A stretch of 64,000 nt of DNA, taken from NCBI GenBank assembly GCA_905478855.1, contig CAJQKF010000039.1:4934-68933 (forward strand), given 5' to 3'. The DNA comes from an uncultured Gammaproteobacteria bacterium. GTDB lineage: Bacteria > Pseudomonadota > Gammaproteobacteria > Arenicellales > CAJQKF01. A program made the translations under genes and the position numbers. Below are positions 29,144-38,518 of this stretch, one piece after another (the stretch's first letter is position 1; each line of letters begins with the position of its first letter). The notes beneath the pieces were generated by a model. The model saw only the letters and a list, made by a program, of their open reading frames with translations. It did no database searches and had not been told where the DNA came from.

Positions 29144-29200
29144 CGTAGATCGCTTTTTGGCGCATACTACAAAGTTTATATCTAAACTCTGATTACGCTC

Positions 29201-30376
29201 GTGAAAATACTCAAGTTCACAACGGGACTTTTATTGCTGGTTGCCATATCAGGCGTCGGTTGGCTCGTTTATGAACGGCTTAAAGAGCCAAATGGCCCGC
29301 AGAAAAAACGAAACTCCATATCGTTAATAGCTGCCGTTGAAGTTGCACCTGCAACAATACAGTCGATCCAACTCTTGCGACAATTTACCGGTACCCTGGA
29401 TTCAAAATCCGAATTCGTGGTGGCGCCTAAAGTGGCTGGGCGGATAGAAGAAATTTCGGTAGATTTAGGTGATACTGTTGAGCGGAGTGAGGTTGTGGTT
29501 CGGCTTGATAATGCAGAATATACACAGTCTTTGAAACTGTATCAGGCAGATCTGGCCGTTATCCGTGCGAATCTTGCCGAGGCTAAGAGTCAGCTCGAAA
29601 TTGCTAAGCGAGAGCTCGAACGAATCACCACTCTGCAGCAACGTGGCGTCAGTTCAGCCGCAGAAAACGATGCTGCTCGTGCAACTTATTCAGCTCGAAC
29701 CGCTCATGTTGAAGTGGCTAGAGCGCAAATACTTCGGGCACAAGCAGAGTTGGAAACCGCGCGAATTCGTCTGGGTTACAGTGAGGTGAGGGCGAATTGG
29801 AGGGGGGGGCGTAATTTTCGTGCGGTAGCTGAACGTTATGTAGACGAAGGGGAGACCGTTACGGCTAATCAGCCGTTATTGCGAATTGTTGATCTGGACC
29901 AACTAAACGGCGTGTTATCGGTTACTGAACGGGATTATGGCCAGTTACAGGTGGGACAAATTGTTATTCTGGATGTTGACGCATTTCCCGACGAAAAATT
30001 TAATGGACGTATTTCACGAGTATCACCGGTATTTGACGAAGCGACACGACAAGCTCGGGTCGAGGTAACTGTTGAGAACAAGGATCATCGGTTAAAGCCC
30101 GGTATGTTTATTCGGGCCAACGTAGAGCTTGAGGCCTCTGCTTCAGCGGTTACTGTACCAGAGCAAGCTTTAGTTACGCGAAATAATGAGTCTGGGGTGT
30201 TTGTGTTGAATGATGATGGTGTAACTGTGCAATGGAAACCGGTTCAACCAGGTATTCTGCAAAATGGACGGGTTCAACTTATTGATGGGAGTATTGATGG
30301 CTTGGTTGTAGTGTTGGGGCAGCAATTGCTTGATGATGGTAGTGCGGTCAATGTGGTAGGTGGAGAGCGACAATGA
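29201..30376 (+). CDS. RND efflux periplasmic adaptor subunit (MFP)
   Basis: 391 aa with an N-terminal anchor, a coiled-coil hairpin (LAEAKSQLEIAKRELERI...) and beta-barrel motifs. Its end overlaps the RND pump start. Confidence 0.85.
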   Translation: MKILKFTTGLLLLVAISGVGWLVYERLKEPNGPQKKRNSISLIAAVEVAPATIQSIQLLRQFTGTLDSKSEFVVAPKVAGRIEEISVDLGDTVERSEVVVRLDNAEYTQSLKLYQADLAVIRANLAEAKSQLEIAKRELERITTLQQRGVSSAAENDAARATYSARTAHVEVARAQILRAQAELETARIRLGYSEVRANWRGGRNFRAVAERYVDEGETVTANQPLLRIVDLDQLNGVLSVTERDYGQLQVGQIVILDVDAFPDEKFNGRISRVSPVFDEATRQARVEVTVENKDHRLKPGMFIRANVELEASASAVTVPEQALVTRNNESGVFVLNDDGVTVQWKPVQPGILQNGRVQLIDGSIDGLVVVLGQQLLDDGSAVNVVGGERQ

Positions 30377-33300
30377 GTCTGGCTAGCGCCAGCGTAAGTC
30401 GTCCAGTCTTTACACTGATGATTACACTAGCGGTGCTTGTTCTTGGGTCCGTTGCGTTAAGCCGTTTACAGATCGATCTGTTACCCAATATAGAGTTGCC
30501 GACGATTACGGTGCGTACGAGTTATGATGGCGCTGATCCGGTTGTTATGGAGCGACTTGTCACTACTATCGTTGAGGAGATTATTGCCACCGTTCCCGGT
30601 GTGGTGGAAATGACTTCAAGGTCCTATGAAGGTAATAGCCGTATACGCGTTAGCTTTGCCTGGGGCACGAATATCGATACAGTTGCACTTGATGTTCGTG
30701 CAACTATTGAAGATGAAATCAGCGAACTACCGGACGAGATAGGAAGTGTGCGGGTATCTAAGTTCGATATAGATACCTTTCCGGTGGTTATTCTTGGTGT
30801 GTCGAGCACGCTGGATCCAGTGGAGCTGACAGAAATTGTAGAAACTCAGATTCGTTACCGACTTTCACGTATTCCAGGTGTTGCACAGGTCGATCCCTGG
30901 GGAGGATTCAATCGAGAAATACGTATTGAACTAGATCCTACGCGCATCACTGCCTATGGTGTGCCAATGGACGACATTATCGATGCGGTAAGGGATGCCA
31001 ATCTAGATCTGCCCGCAGGAAAGATCGAATCTGGTCAACATCAAGTAACCCTGCGCGCTCCAGCAGAATTCTCTAGTCTCGAAGAAATAATGAATACTGT
31101 CGTCGGTCGCAAAGATGGTAGCCTAGTTACACTGCGTCAGGTTGCGGAGGTACGTGATACTCATGAAAGACTATCACGGATAGTGCGTGTTAACGGCAGT
31201 CAAGGACTCCGTTTGGCTATTCGTAAACAACCTGGCGAAAATACGGTAGATGTTGCCAATCGTGTGATTGCCGAGGCTGAAGCGATTAACGCTGCTTACC
31301 CGCAAGTCAGTGTAATCCCTGTGACTAATCAGGGAAATTTCATCGAACGAGCCATAGCAAATGTGTCAAATTCGATTCTCTACGGTGGATTTCTAGCATT
31401 AATTGTTTTGTTTATATTTCTTCGTGACTTACGTAGTACCTCAGTTATTGCAATTGCGATTCCAATTTCCGTGGTGGCAACATTCGCCTTGATGTACTTC
31501 AGTGGGTTTACCCTCAACCTTATGACACTGGGCGGATTGGCACTCGGGGTTGGCATGATGGTAGATAGCTCAGTAGTGGTGCTGGAAAACATATACCGCA
31601 GCCGAAGGGAATCCCACTTGTCGTCGGTTGATGCAGCTGTGAGCGGTACCAACGAAGTCACTTCTGCCGTTATAGCCGGAACCGTTACAACGTTGGTGAT
31701 ATTCCTGCCGTTAATCTTCGTACAAGGCGTAACTGGAGTCTTGTTTAAGGAACTGGCGTTTATAATTATGTTTTCCTTGAGTTGCGCTCTTCTCGTGGCG
31801 CTTAGTTTGGTGCCGGTGCTTAGTGCTCGTTTGATCTCCAACCCTGCTTCGAAAGACGCCTCGAATACCGCGTATGTCGGCGGATTTGCATTGGTCTATC
31901 GGGATTTTTTAAATGCAGTTCTCAAGGCACGATTTTTAACTCTTATCATGGTTGTAGGAATATTTGTTGCAAGTCTAGGGCTTGTTCCGTTGATTGGCAC
32001 CGAGTTCATGCCACCGAGTGATGAAGGTCAGGTGCGAATAAGTGGCACTATGGAAGTCGGCACCCGTATTGAATTACTTGATCGGCAAACACGTATGTTG
32101 GAGGCGTTGGTATTACCTGCTGTCCCTGAGGCTGTGTCTTCTGTAGTTAGTGTGACATCATCCGGAACCTATGGCCGATCAACTGCATCTGGCGAAATAC
32201 GCTTAACTCTTAAGTCAGCGGGAGATCGCGCACGTTCCAATTTAGATGTTGCACAAGATTTACGAAAATTGATAGAAGGTAAGGTGCCCGGAATGAAGAT
32301 TCGTGTAAGGGCTCCCCAGGGGCAATTCTTATTGGAGCGTATCTTGTCTACGACCGACGGTATTATTGTTGAAGTTCGGGGCTTTGATTTTCAAATTCTG
32401 GATGTTTTAGCGAAGCGTGTCGCGAAGCAAATTGAAGGGGTGGAGGGCATAACCGATATCGAATTAAGTCGTGAAACTGGAATCCCGCAAATCGAGATTC
32501 TTGTAGACAGAGCCAAGACCGCAGACCTAGGATTAAGCGTACGTGATATTTCGAGGGTTATTGAAACTTCCATTGCAGGATCAACAGCAGGCGAATACCG
32601 GGTTGGGGGTAATTCCTATCGCATTCTTCTGCGCCTTGCAAATGCAGAAAAGCGTTCTCTCGATGAAATCCTTGATCTAACTGTACGCACAACTGATGGG
32701 GGACGTGTAGCACTGCGTAATGTAGTTAGCACTCGATCAGGCACTGGACCCGTCACCATTGAACGAAAAGATCAGCAACGATTGATGACGATAACGGCCA
32801 ATGTGAGCGGACGCGATCTTGGCTCGGTAGCCGCTGATATTCAGCAACGTCTCAGTGATATACCCAAGCCGGTTGGCTACGATACGTTGATTGCCGGTAA
32901 TTTTGCCGAGCAAGAAAAATCATACAACGAATTGCTGATCTCTATCGTTCTGGCATTGTTGTTGGTCTATATGGTGTTGGCCTCACAATACGAGTCGTTT
33001 ATTGATCCACTGGTGGTTATGTTTGCAGTTCCATTTGCTGCTACCGGTGTAATCCTCACTCTGTTCCTGACCGAAACCACGCTGAATCTGCAATCCGGTG
33101 TGGGTTGCATAATGCTGGTTGGTATCGCGGTTAATAATGCAATTTTATTGGTTGACCAAACGAGCCGGCTTCGTGGAGCAGGTATGCCTGTAAACACGGC
33201 GTTGGCTGAGGCCGGAAGAAGACGTCTGCGACCCATCCTAATGACTACATTAACGACTATGCTGGCATTGCTTCCGTTAGCGCTAGGCGTTGGTGAGGGG

Positions 33301-33450
33301 GCCGATGCTCAGGCACCCATGGCACGAACAGTCATTGGTGGTTTGTTTGTATCAACTCTAGTTGCATTAATATTGATACCGGTGCTTTACTCCCTAGTTC
33401 ACCGAGGACACTCATTTTCGAATGAAGCGAATAGTAAAGTCTTGGGCTGA
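30373..33450 (+). CDS. RND family efflux permease (AcrB/HAE1-like)
   Basis: 1025 aa with the 12-TM, two-large-loop architecture and typical AcrB-family motifs throughout. Confidence 0.95.
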   Translation: MSLASASVSRPVFTLMITLAVLVLGSVALSRLQIDLLPNIELPTITVRTSYDGADPVVMERLVTTIVEEIIATVPGVVEMTSRSYEGNSRIRVSFAWGTNIDTVALDVRATIEDEISELPDEIGSVRVSKFDIDTFPVVILGVSSTLDPVELTEIVETQIRYRLSRIPGVAQVDPWGGFNREIRIELDPTRITAYGVPMDDIIDAVRDANLDLPAGKIESGQHQVTLRAPAEFSSLEEIMNTVVGRKDGSLVTLRQVAEVRDTHERLSRIVRVNGSQGLRLAIRKQPGENTVDVANRVIAEAEAINAAYPQVSVIPVTNQGNFIERAIANVSNSILYGGFLALIVLFIFLRDLRSTSVIAIAIPISVVATFALMYFSGFTLNLMTLGGLALGVGMMVDSSVVVLENIYRSRRESHLSSVDAAVSGTNEVTSAVIAGTVTTLVIFLPLIFVQGVTGVLFKELAFIIMFSLSCALLVALSLVPVLSARLISNPASKDASNTAYVGGFALVYRDFLNAVLKARFLTLIMVVGIFVASLGLVPLIGTEFMPPSDEGQVRISGTMEVGTRIELLDRQTRMLEALVLPAVPEAVSSVVSVTSSGTYGRSTASGEIRLTLKSAGDRARSNLDVAQDLRKLIEGKVPGMKIRVRAPQGQFLLERILSTTDGIIVEVRGFDFQILDVLAKRVAKQIEGVEGITDIELSRETGIPQIEILVDRAKTADLGLSVRDISRVIETSIAGSTAGEYRVGGNSYRILLRLANAEKRSLDEILDLTVRTTDGGRVALRNVVSTRSGTGPVTIERKDQQRLMTITANVSGRDLGSVAADIQQRLSDIPKPVGYDTLIAGNFAEQEKSYNELLISIVLALLLVYMVLASQYESFIDPLVVMFAVPFAATGVILTLFLTETTLNLQSGVGCIMLVGIAVNNAILLVDQTSRLRGAGMPVNTALAEAGRRRLRPILMTTLTTMLALLPLALGVGEGADAQAPMARTVIGGLFVSTLVALILIPVLYSLVHRGHSFSNEANSKVLG

Positions 33451-33521
33451 GAGTGATTTTGACTTATAAACTCTGAATGGCTTATTCTTTTTAGTGCTAT
33501 CAAATTATAAATCCATTCAGA

Positions 33522-34403
33522 GTGAAAATAATGAATATTAAGGCCTTAGTTGAAACCTATTTACACTCCTGGAATGTGCAGGATGTAGACGCGATTATTG
33601 CGTTGTTCTCGGAAGACGGGAAATATACTGATCCAAACTGTGCAGATGGACTATCAGGGGCGGCTTTGGCGGGTTACATCAATGGGTTGTATTCCGTATT
33701 TCCGGATCTTCACTTTGAAACCATACGTTTACTATCTGTAGATGAAAAAACTATGGTTGCCGAGTGGGTTATGCGCGGTACGAATAGCGGTTCACTCAAA
33801 GGATTACCGCCTACCGGCAAAGCTATTGCGCTCGATGGCATTGATGTATTTGATGTGGAGGACGGTCGAATCAAATCCGTTAAAGGATACTTCAATGGTG
33901 GCACTATGATGGAACAACTGGGTTTGCAGATAGACGTGCAACTGAAAAGCCTGGGTCCATTCTTTTTTGGAACTTCTGTTTACACCAATACACAAAGTAA
34001 GGCTTGTCCAAAAGTCTTTGCGATAACACAAATTCGTATAAAATCGGAAGAAGAACGCACGCAGTTACGTGACTTAACGAGAAATATGTTGCTGGAAATA
34101 TCCCAGGCACCAGGTTATATCGCCACAGTCACCTCACTTGCTAATAATATCGGCACCACCTTAACCGCGTGGGAAGACATGCAAGCTGCTCAGGCAGCCG
34201 TATCGGGTCCCACGCATAAAGAAGCGATGGCTGCAGCGTTTGCAAAGAATGGTCTCGGGGTAAGCGCATGGACGAGCTTCTGGAGCGAAGGGCAGATTAA
34301 TTCTCGCTGGCAGCGTTGCTTTACATGTGGTGCTTTCGCGAAATATACCCAGACGGGTAAATGTGGTTGTGGCGCTGAACTAGATGAGCCTGTGCATTTT
34401 TAG
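33522..34403 (+). CDS. Three-part protein: SnoaL-like/ester cyclase (NTF2 fold), an ABM-like domain and a C-terminal Cys4 zinc ribbon. An alternative start is the ATG at 33531
   Basis: The N-terminal part (LVETYLHSWNVQDVDAIIALFSEDGKYTDP...GLPPTGK...DGRI) is SnoaL-like. The middle part resembles a dimeric alpha-beta barrel. The C-terminus has CFTCG...CGCG. Confidence 0.55.
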   Translation: MKIMNIKALVETYLHSWNVQDVDAIIALFSEDGKYTDPNCADGLSGAALAGYINGLYSVFPDLHFETIRLLSVDEKTMVAEWVMRGTNSGSLKGLPPTGKAIALDGIDVFDVEDGRIKSVKGYFNGGTMMEQLGLQIDVQLKSLGPFFFGTSVYTNTQSKACPKVFAITQIRIKSEEERTQLRDLTRNMLLEISQAPGYIATVTSLANNIGTTLTAWEDMQAAQAAVSGPTHKEAMAAAFAKNGLGVSAWTSFWSEGQINSRWQRCFTCGAFAKYTQTGKCGCGAELDEPVHF

Positions 34404-34557
34404 ATGGCGTTTTAAAATCTAATTTATTACTTAAGCTGTAAATGCGGACTTTGTGGTAGAGTTGGGTTGTGTTCAATATAGGGTGGATAAGTTTTTGCCT
34501 AGCATTTGCACAGTTTCTTGCGACGTTAATTGAGACAACACAAAAGAAGTTTTCCGC

Positions 34558-35016
34558 TTAGCTTCGCGGTAGAGAATCTGTAAAACACTCAAGATCCAAA
34601 ATACTTTCAGAACAATGGACGTGTTTCTTTGGGCTCCAGACGTTACTCATGGCGATTTTTTGATCGTCAAATAGCGATGGGAATGTGCCGCATAGATCAA
34701 TATTATTGTTATCTCTACTGTAATGCATAAAGTTGTAAACCTTACTCCCGCATTGGCTGCAGAAATAGCGTCTGAAGTGATCTGTTACAGATTCATTGCG
34801 TGTATAGGTATTCAGTAAATCCTTACCGTCAGTAATGGAGAACTTTTCCTGATCCATATAGACATATTGGTAGACTGGGGCTGAGTGGGCTTGTCGACAG
34901 TCCTTACAGTGACAATACCCAGCTAGTAGTGGTTTTGTATCCGCGGCGATTGAAAACTTGACGGCACCACAATAGCAACGGCCATGAATATCATTTGTAG
35001 TTTCAGATAGTGTCAT
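34558..35016 (-). CDS. GFA (glutathione-dependent formaldehyde-activating/CENP-V) family protein
   Basis: Its Zn-binding cysteine pattern (CYCGAVKF...CHCKDCRQ...FCSQCGS) is diagnostic of the GFA fold. Confidence 0.8.
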   Translation of the reverse strand: MTLSETTNDIHGRCYCGAVKFSIAADTKPLLAGYCHCKDCRQAHSAPVYQYVYMDQEKFSITDGKDLLNTYTRNESVTDHFRRYFCSQCGSKVYNFMHYSRDNNNIDLCGTFPSLFDDQKIAMSNVWSPKKHVHCSESILDLECFTDSLPRS

Positions 35017-35166
35017 AATTAAATTCTAGTGATGGACAGGAAAACATAAAACTTGTTCAACAGGTAAAGTGTATGTTGTCCGGATTTAGATGTGATCTAG
35101 TATGATGTATATCAAAGGCGTGGGCTATAAGGTAAATTTAAACGTATCTAGCTCTATTTACAGATA

Positions 35167-36084
35167 TTAGTCCTTATAGAATTTTCTAGGTGTGAGCATG
35201 TAACGGAAATCCTGCAAGAGTTCTTTTCGGATCCGGTGGGTGGAAATTTTTTTAAAGACCACTCGAGTACACAGCATTTTTTCAGTGAAAGATATTTTGC
35301 TCTTGAGGATCCCTCTAAGTAGCATAGTGATGTAAGTTAGTCTTAAATAACAATTTTTTTTCTTGTTTCTTGTGTCTATCCAAATGCCAGCAGCTTTTCT
35401 GTCTTTATATGTAGAAGTAGAATAATTGTTTTTGTGCCGTCGAAATCGAAAAATCGACTCATCTGATTGTATAAAGTGTCCTCGTAAAACAATTTCAGCC
35501 AATAGGGCCTGATCAGATGCTTGGAATGTTCCATGGAGTTGGGATCCAACTAATGCCGAACGCCGAAATAATCCAAAGAAATAGAGCCAAAGCATGCCAT
35601 TATTAACCGCAGTTTTGTAGCGAACTGAGGGCTGTTCCGATGCAAAGGACGTCTTGTGGACTAGAATGGTTCGTTTCGGCGTACCGTTGGCCGAGACAAT
35701 TTCTGGGTTGAAGCCACAAAGCACAGCCTTGGGGTTGTTATCCAGTAACGTAACTGTTTCTATCAGAAAGTCATCTCGAATCATGTCGTCGTGCGCAGCC
35801 CATTTAAAATACTCACCGCGAGACTTGTGAAAGCATATGTCATAATTTCGACCAGCGCCGAGGTTTTCCGAGTTTCTGAAGTAGTGTATACGACTATCGA
35901 TAGCTATGAAGTATGCACATATTTCAGCTGTGTTGTCAGTTGATGCGTTGTCAGAAATAATTAATTCAAAGTCGGTATAGGTTTGTGCAAGGATAAGCTG
36001 GATGGCTTCTGCAATATAGTTCTCACCGTTATAAACAGGTAATCCAATGCTGACTTTGGGTGATGGTTTAGGGGATGAATGCAA
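35167..36084 (-). CDS. Glycosyltransferase family 2
   Basis: It has VSIGLPVYNGENYIAEAI...ISDNASTDNT and a downstream DxD (AHDDM) typical of GT2. Confidence 0.85.
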   Translation of the reverse strand: MHSSPKPSPKVSIGLPVYNGENYIAEAIQLILAQTYTDFELIISDNASTDNTAEICAYFIAIDSRIHYFRNSENLGAGRNYDICFHKSRGEYFKWAAHDDMIRDDFLIETVTLLDNNPKAVLCGFNPEIVSANGTPKRTILVHKTSFASEQPSVRYKTAVNNGMLWLYFFGLFRRSALVGSQLHGTFQASDQALLAEIVLRGHFIQSDESIFRFRRHKNNYSTSTYKDRKAAGIWIDTRNKKKNCYLRLTYITMLLRGILKSKISFTEKMLCTRVVFKKISTHRIRKELLQDFRYMLTPRKFYKD

Positions 36085-36096
36085 ACTTTTTTTCTC

Positions 36097-37275
36097 CTAG
36101 TTAAGAGACAGAATTCTTGGTAGTGGAATATTCATAGACGAGATTTGATTTTGTATCTCAATTTCGTAAATAGGATTCATGATAATCAGTAAGCCTATAT
36201 TGTTATTGATAAGGTAATCCACGTTTACTACCTTATGACCCGTGCCAGGTAAAAAAGTATTATGTTTCCTAGGGTTGATGTCTATTACGATATCTATCCA
36301 GGTAGGTTGATTCAGAATATTTAAAAGTGATACGGCCTTGGATCCACCACCCCACAGTGCAATAGATTCGCCATTTTGTTTTGATTCAGAAATTATATTG
36401 TTCATAGCCTCTCGTTTTTGAATCAAATTAGCTCCCCATGTCGCTAATGGTTGAGACGGATAGTTTGGTCTATATGCTATGTCGTTATCAGCTTTGGTTG
36501 TTGGTTCTGCTAGTAGCCCTAAATATTGCCCTTGATATCGTTGACTGATTTCTATTACTTTAAACCCTGTGTGAGAAAACAGCTGGCGTAGTGAGTTTTC
36601 GGTAAAATATGAGCAATGCTCGTAATATATATCGTGAAAGGCTCCTAAATTAAAAATACGTTCTGCGTTCGGTACCTGAAAATACAGCTTTGTAGCGGAA
36701 TCTCCGATCGAGGTGCGAATATCTGCGATAAGCTCTGTAATACGAAATACATGTTCTAGAGTCATAATGCAGCATACGAGGTCTGCATTCTCAAGAGACT
36801 CATTAGAATCGAACATGGTTTTCTTTACTACAACGTTGGTGGGTAATGAAATTCGGATGGGATCGAATACAGGATCGTAGCCGAGTCCGCGGTTGTTTCC
36901 TAGTGAGCAAATTGCATTAAGAAACTCGCCCTTTCCGCATCCGATTTCGACAACGTACTTATTACGAATATCACAGGTGGATATGAGCTCCTCGGCCAGG
37001 TCAGATTGATATTTTTGGAAAGTGGATGAAAAACCTTGAGGTTCTTCGTAGCTGTCGTCATAGGTAACTAGATCAGGGTCAAAATGTTGATTATTAACAA
37101 ATCCACATTGCTCGCAGCCAAACAGTTCAATATCCCCCTCGGGATATGATAGCGCGTGGTTTCTGTTTTCAATTACTACTACGCTATTTACTGGTACAGA
37201 ATCTTGCTTGTAAAAGCTCTTTAAATTGCAACTTCGACAGCATGGACATGTAACTTGAAAGTGGGACTGAAGCAT
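36097..37275 (-). CDS. Class I SAM-dependent methyltransferase with an N-terminal zinc ribbon and a C-methyltransferase-like C-terminal domain (paralog 2)
   Basis: It has paired cysteine motifs (CPCCRSC...CEQCGF) and a SAM motif (VVEIGCGKGEF). Its architecture parallels the adjacent gene. Confidence 0.7.
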   Translation of the reverse strand: MLQSHFQVTCPCCRSCNLKSFYKQDSVPVNSVVVIENRNHALSYPEGDIELFGCEQCGFVNNQHFDPDLVTYDDSYEEPQGFSSTFQKYQSDLAEELISTCDIRNKYVVEIGCGKGEFLNAICSLGNNRGLGYDPVFDPIRISLPTNVVVKKTMFDSNESLENADLVCCIMTLEHVFRITELIADIRTSIGDSATKLYFQVPNAERIFNLGAFHDIYYEHCSYFTENSLRQLFSHTGFKVIEISQRYQGQYLGLLAEPTTKADNDIAYRPNYPSQPLATWGANLIQKREAMNNIISESKQNGESIALWGGGSKAVSLLNILNQPTWIDIVIDINPRKHNTFLPGTGHKVVNVDYLINNNIGLLIIMNPIYEIEIQNQISSMNIPLPRILSLN

Positions 37276-38514
37276 TTAGATCATCGAAACCTTAGGTAAA
37301 GGAACTATGAATTTTCCTCCGTGCTGACAGTACTTGCTTTGCTCGGTCAGAATTTCTTCTTTTAGGTTCCAGGGAAGCAATAAACAGGCATCTGGCTGGT
37401 TGCTGACTAACCGACTAGGATGAAAGATTGGAATCCGACTACCAGGGAGAAGCTTGTTATGCTTTTTTTTATTCTTGTCCACAACAAAGGAAATTTTTTC
37501 CCAATTCAAATCACAATAAGCGAGCAATGTCGTACCCTTTGCCGCCGCACCATAGGCTGCAACAGTCTGTCTCTTCATTGTGAATTTATCGATAAGTTTG
37601 CATAACTGCTCTTTTACCTTCTTGGAGTCTTCAGCAATTTGTCGATAGTATCGTTCGTTAATAATGCCCAACGTAGATTCCTGTTCTAGTAAATCGGTAA
37701 CTGATTTACCTATATCTCGCTTGCGGCTAACAACAACACGTATGGATCCTCCATGCGTCGAGAGCCGCTGAACATCATTGATAAAAAGACCATGTTGATC
37801 TAACAATGCCTTAACGGAGTGAACACTGAAATAGCAAAGATGTTGATGATAGACAGTATCAAACGCGCAGCCATCAATTAGGTCTATGACATAGGGAAAT
37901 TCAATGATCCAACTACCATTTTCATTAAGAATTGTTTTTACGCCATTTACGAAATCGTGTAGTTCGTGAACATGAGCAAGAACATTGTTAGAAATTACTA
38001 AGTCAGCCGATATACCTTCGGTTTGAAGTTTCTCAGCAAGCGTAGAATCAAAAAATTCTGTTCGTGTGTTAATTCCATTTTGGATTGCTATATCTGCACA
38101 TATTGATGACGGTTCAATACCAAGTACGGGTATGTTGTGTTTCACAAAGTTACGCAATAAGTAGCCGTCATTACTCGCGAGTTCAACAACTGTAGAGTTC
38201 GAGTCTAACTTAAATGTTTTAATTAAAGACTCTACGTTATCGCGGCAGTGATTAAGCCATGTCGAGGAAATTGAGGATAAGTAGGGATACTTTGCATTGA
38301 ACAACAGATTTGGATTTGCCGTTTCGTGTAGTTGAAGCAATAAACAATCGCTACACCATACTAAAGTAAGTGGTATTAATAACTCTTGTTCCTTTGGAAG
38401 TGTTGAGTCTATTAGAACATCCGCGATGGGCATATCACCATATTCTAGTATTGAATGCAGATTACCTTTCCCACATACACGACAGCTGTCAGAAACTGAA
38501 TAAGTTGTATTCAT
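37276..38514 (-). CDS. NDP-hexose C-methyltransferase-like enzyme (TylCIII-type: zinc ribbon, SAM methyltransferase domain, C-terminal domain)
   Basis: CRVCG...LGDMPIAD...CSDCLLLQL...LFNAKYPYLSSISSTW is the characteristic N-terminal pattern of sugar C-methyltransferases. Confidence 0.75.
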   Translation of the reverse strand: MNTTYSVSDSCRVCGKGNLHSILEYGDMPIADVLIDSTLPKEQELLIPLTLVWCSDCLLLQLHETANPNLLFNAKYPYLSSISSTWLNHCRDNVESLIKTFKLDSNSTVVELASNDGYLLRNFVKHNIPVLGIEPSSICADIAIQNGINTRTEFFDSTLAEKLQTEGISADLVISNNVLAHVHELHDFVNGVKTILNENGSWIIEFPYVIDLIDGCAFDTVYHQHLCYFSVHSVKALLDQHGLFINDVQRLSTHGGSIRVVVSRKRDIGKSVTDLLEQESTLGIINERYYRQIAEDSKKVKEQLCKLIDKFTMKRQTVAAYGAAAKGTTLLAYCDLNWEKISFVVDKNKKKHNKLLPGSRIPIFHPSRLVSNQPDACLLLPWNLKEEILTEQSKYCQHGGKFIVPLPKVSMI

Positions 38515-38518
38515 GAGT

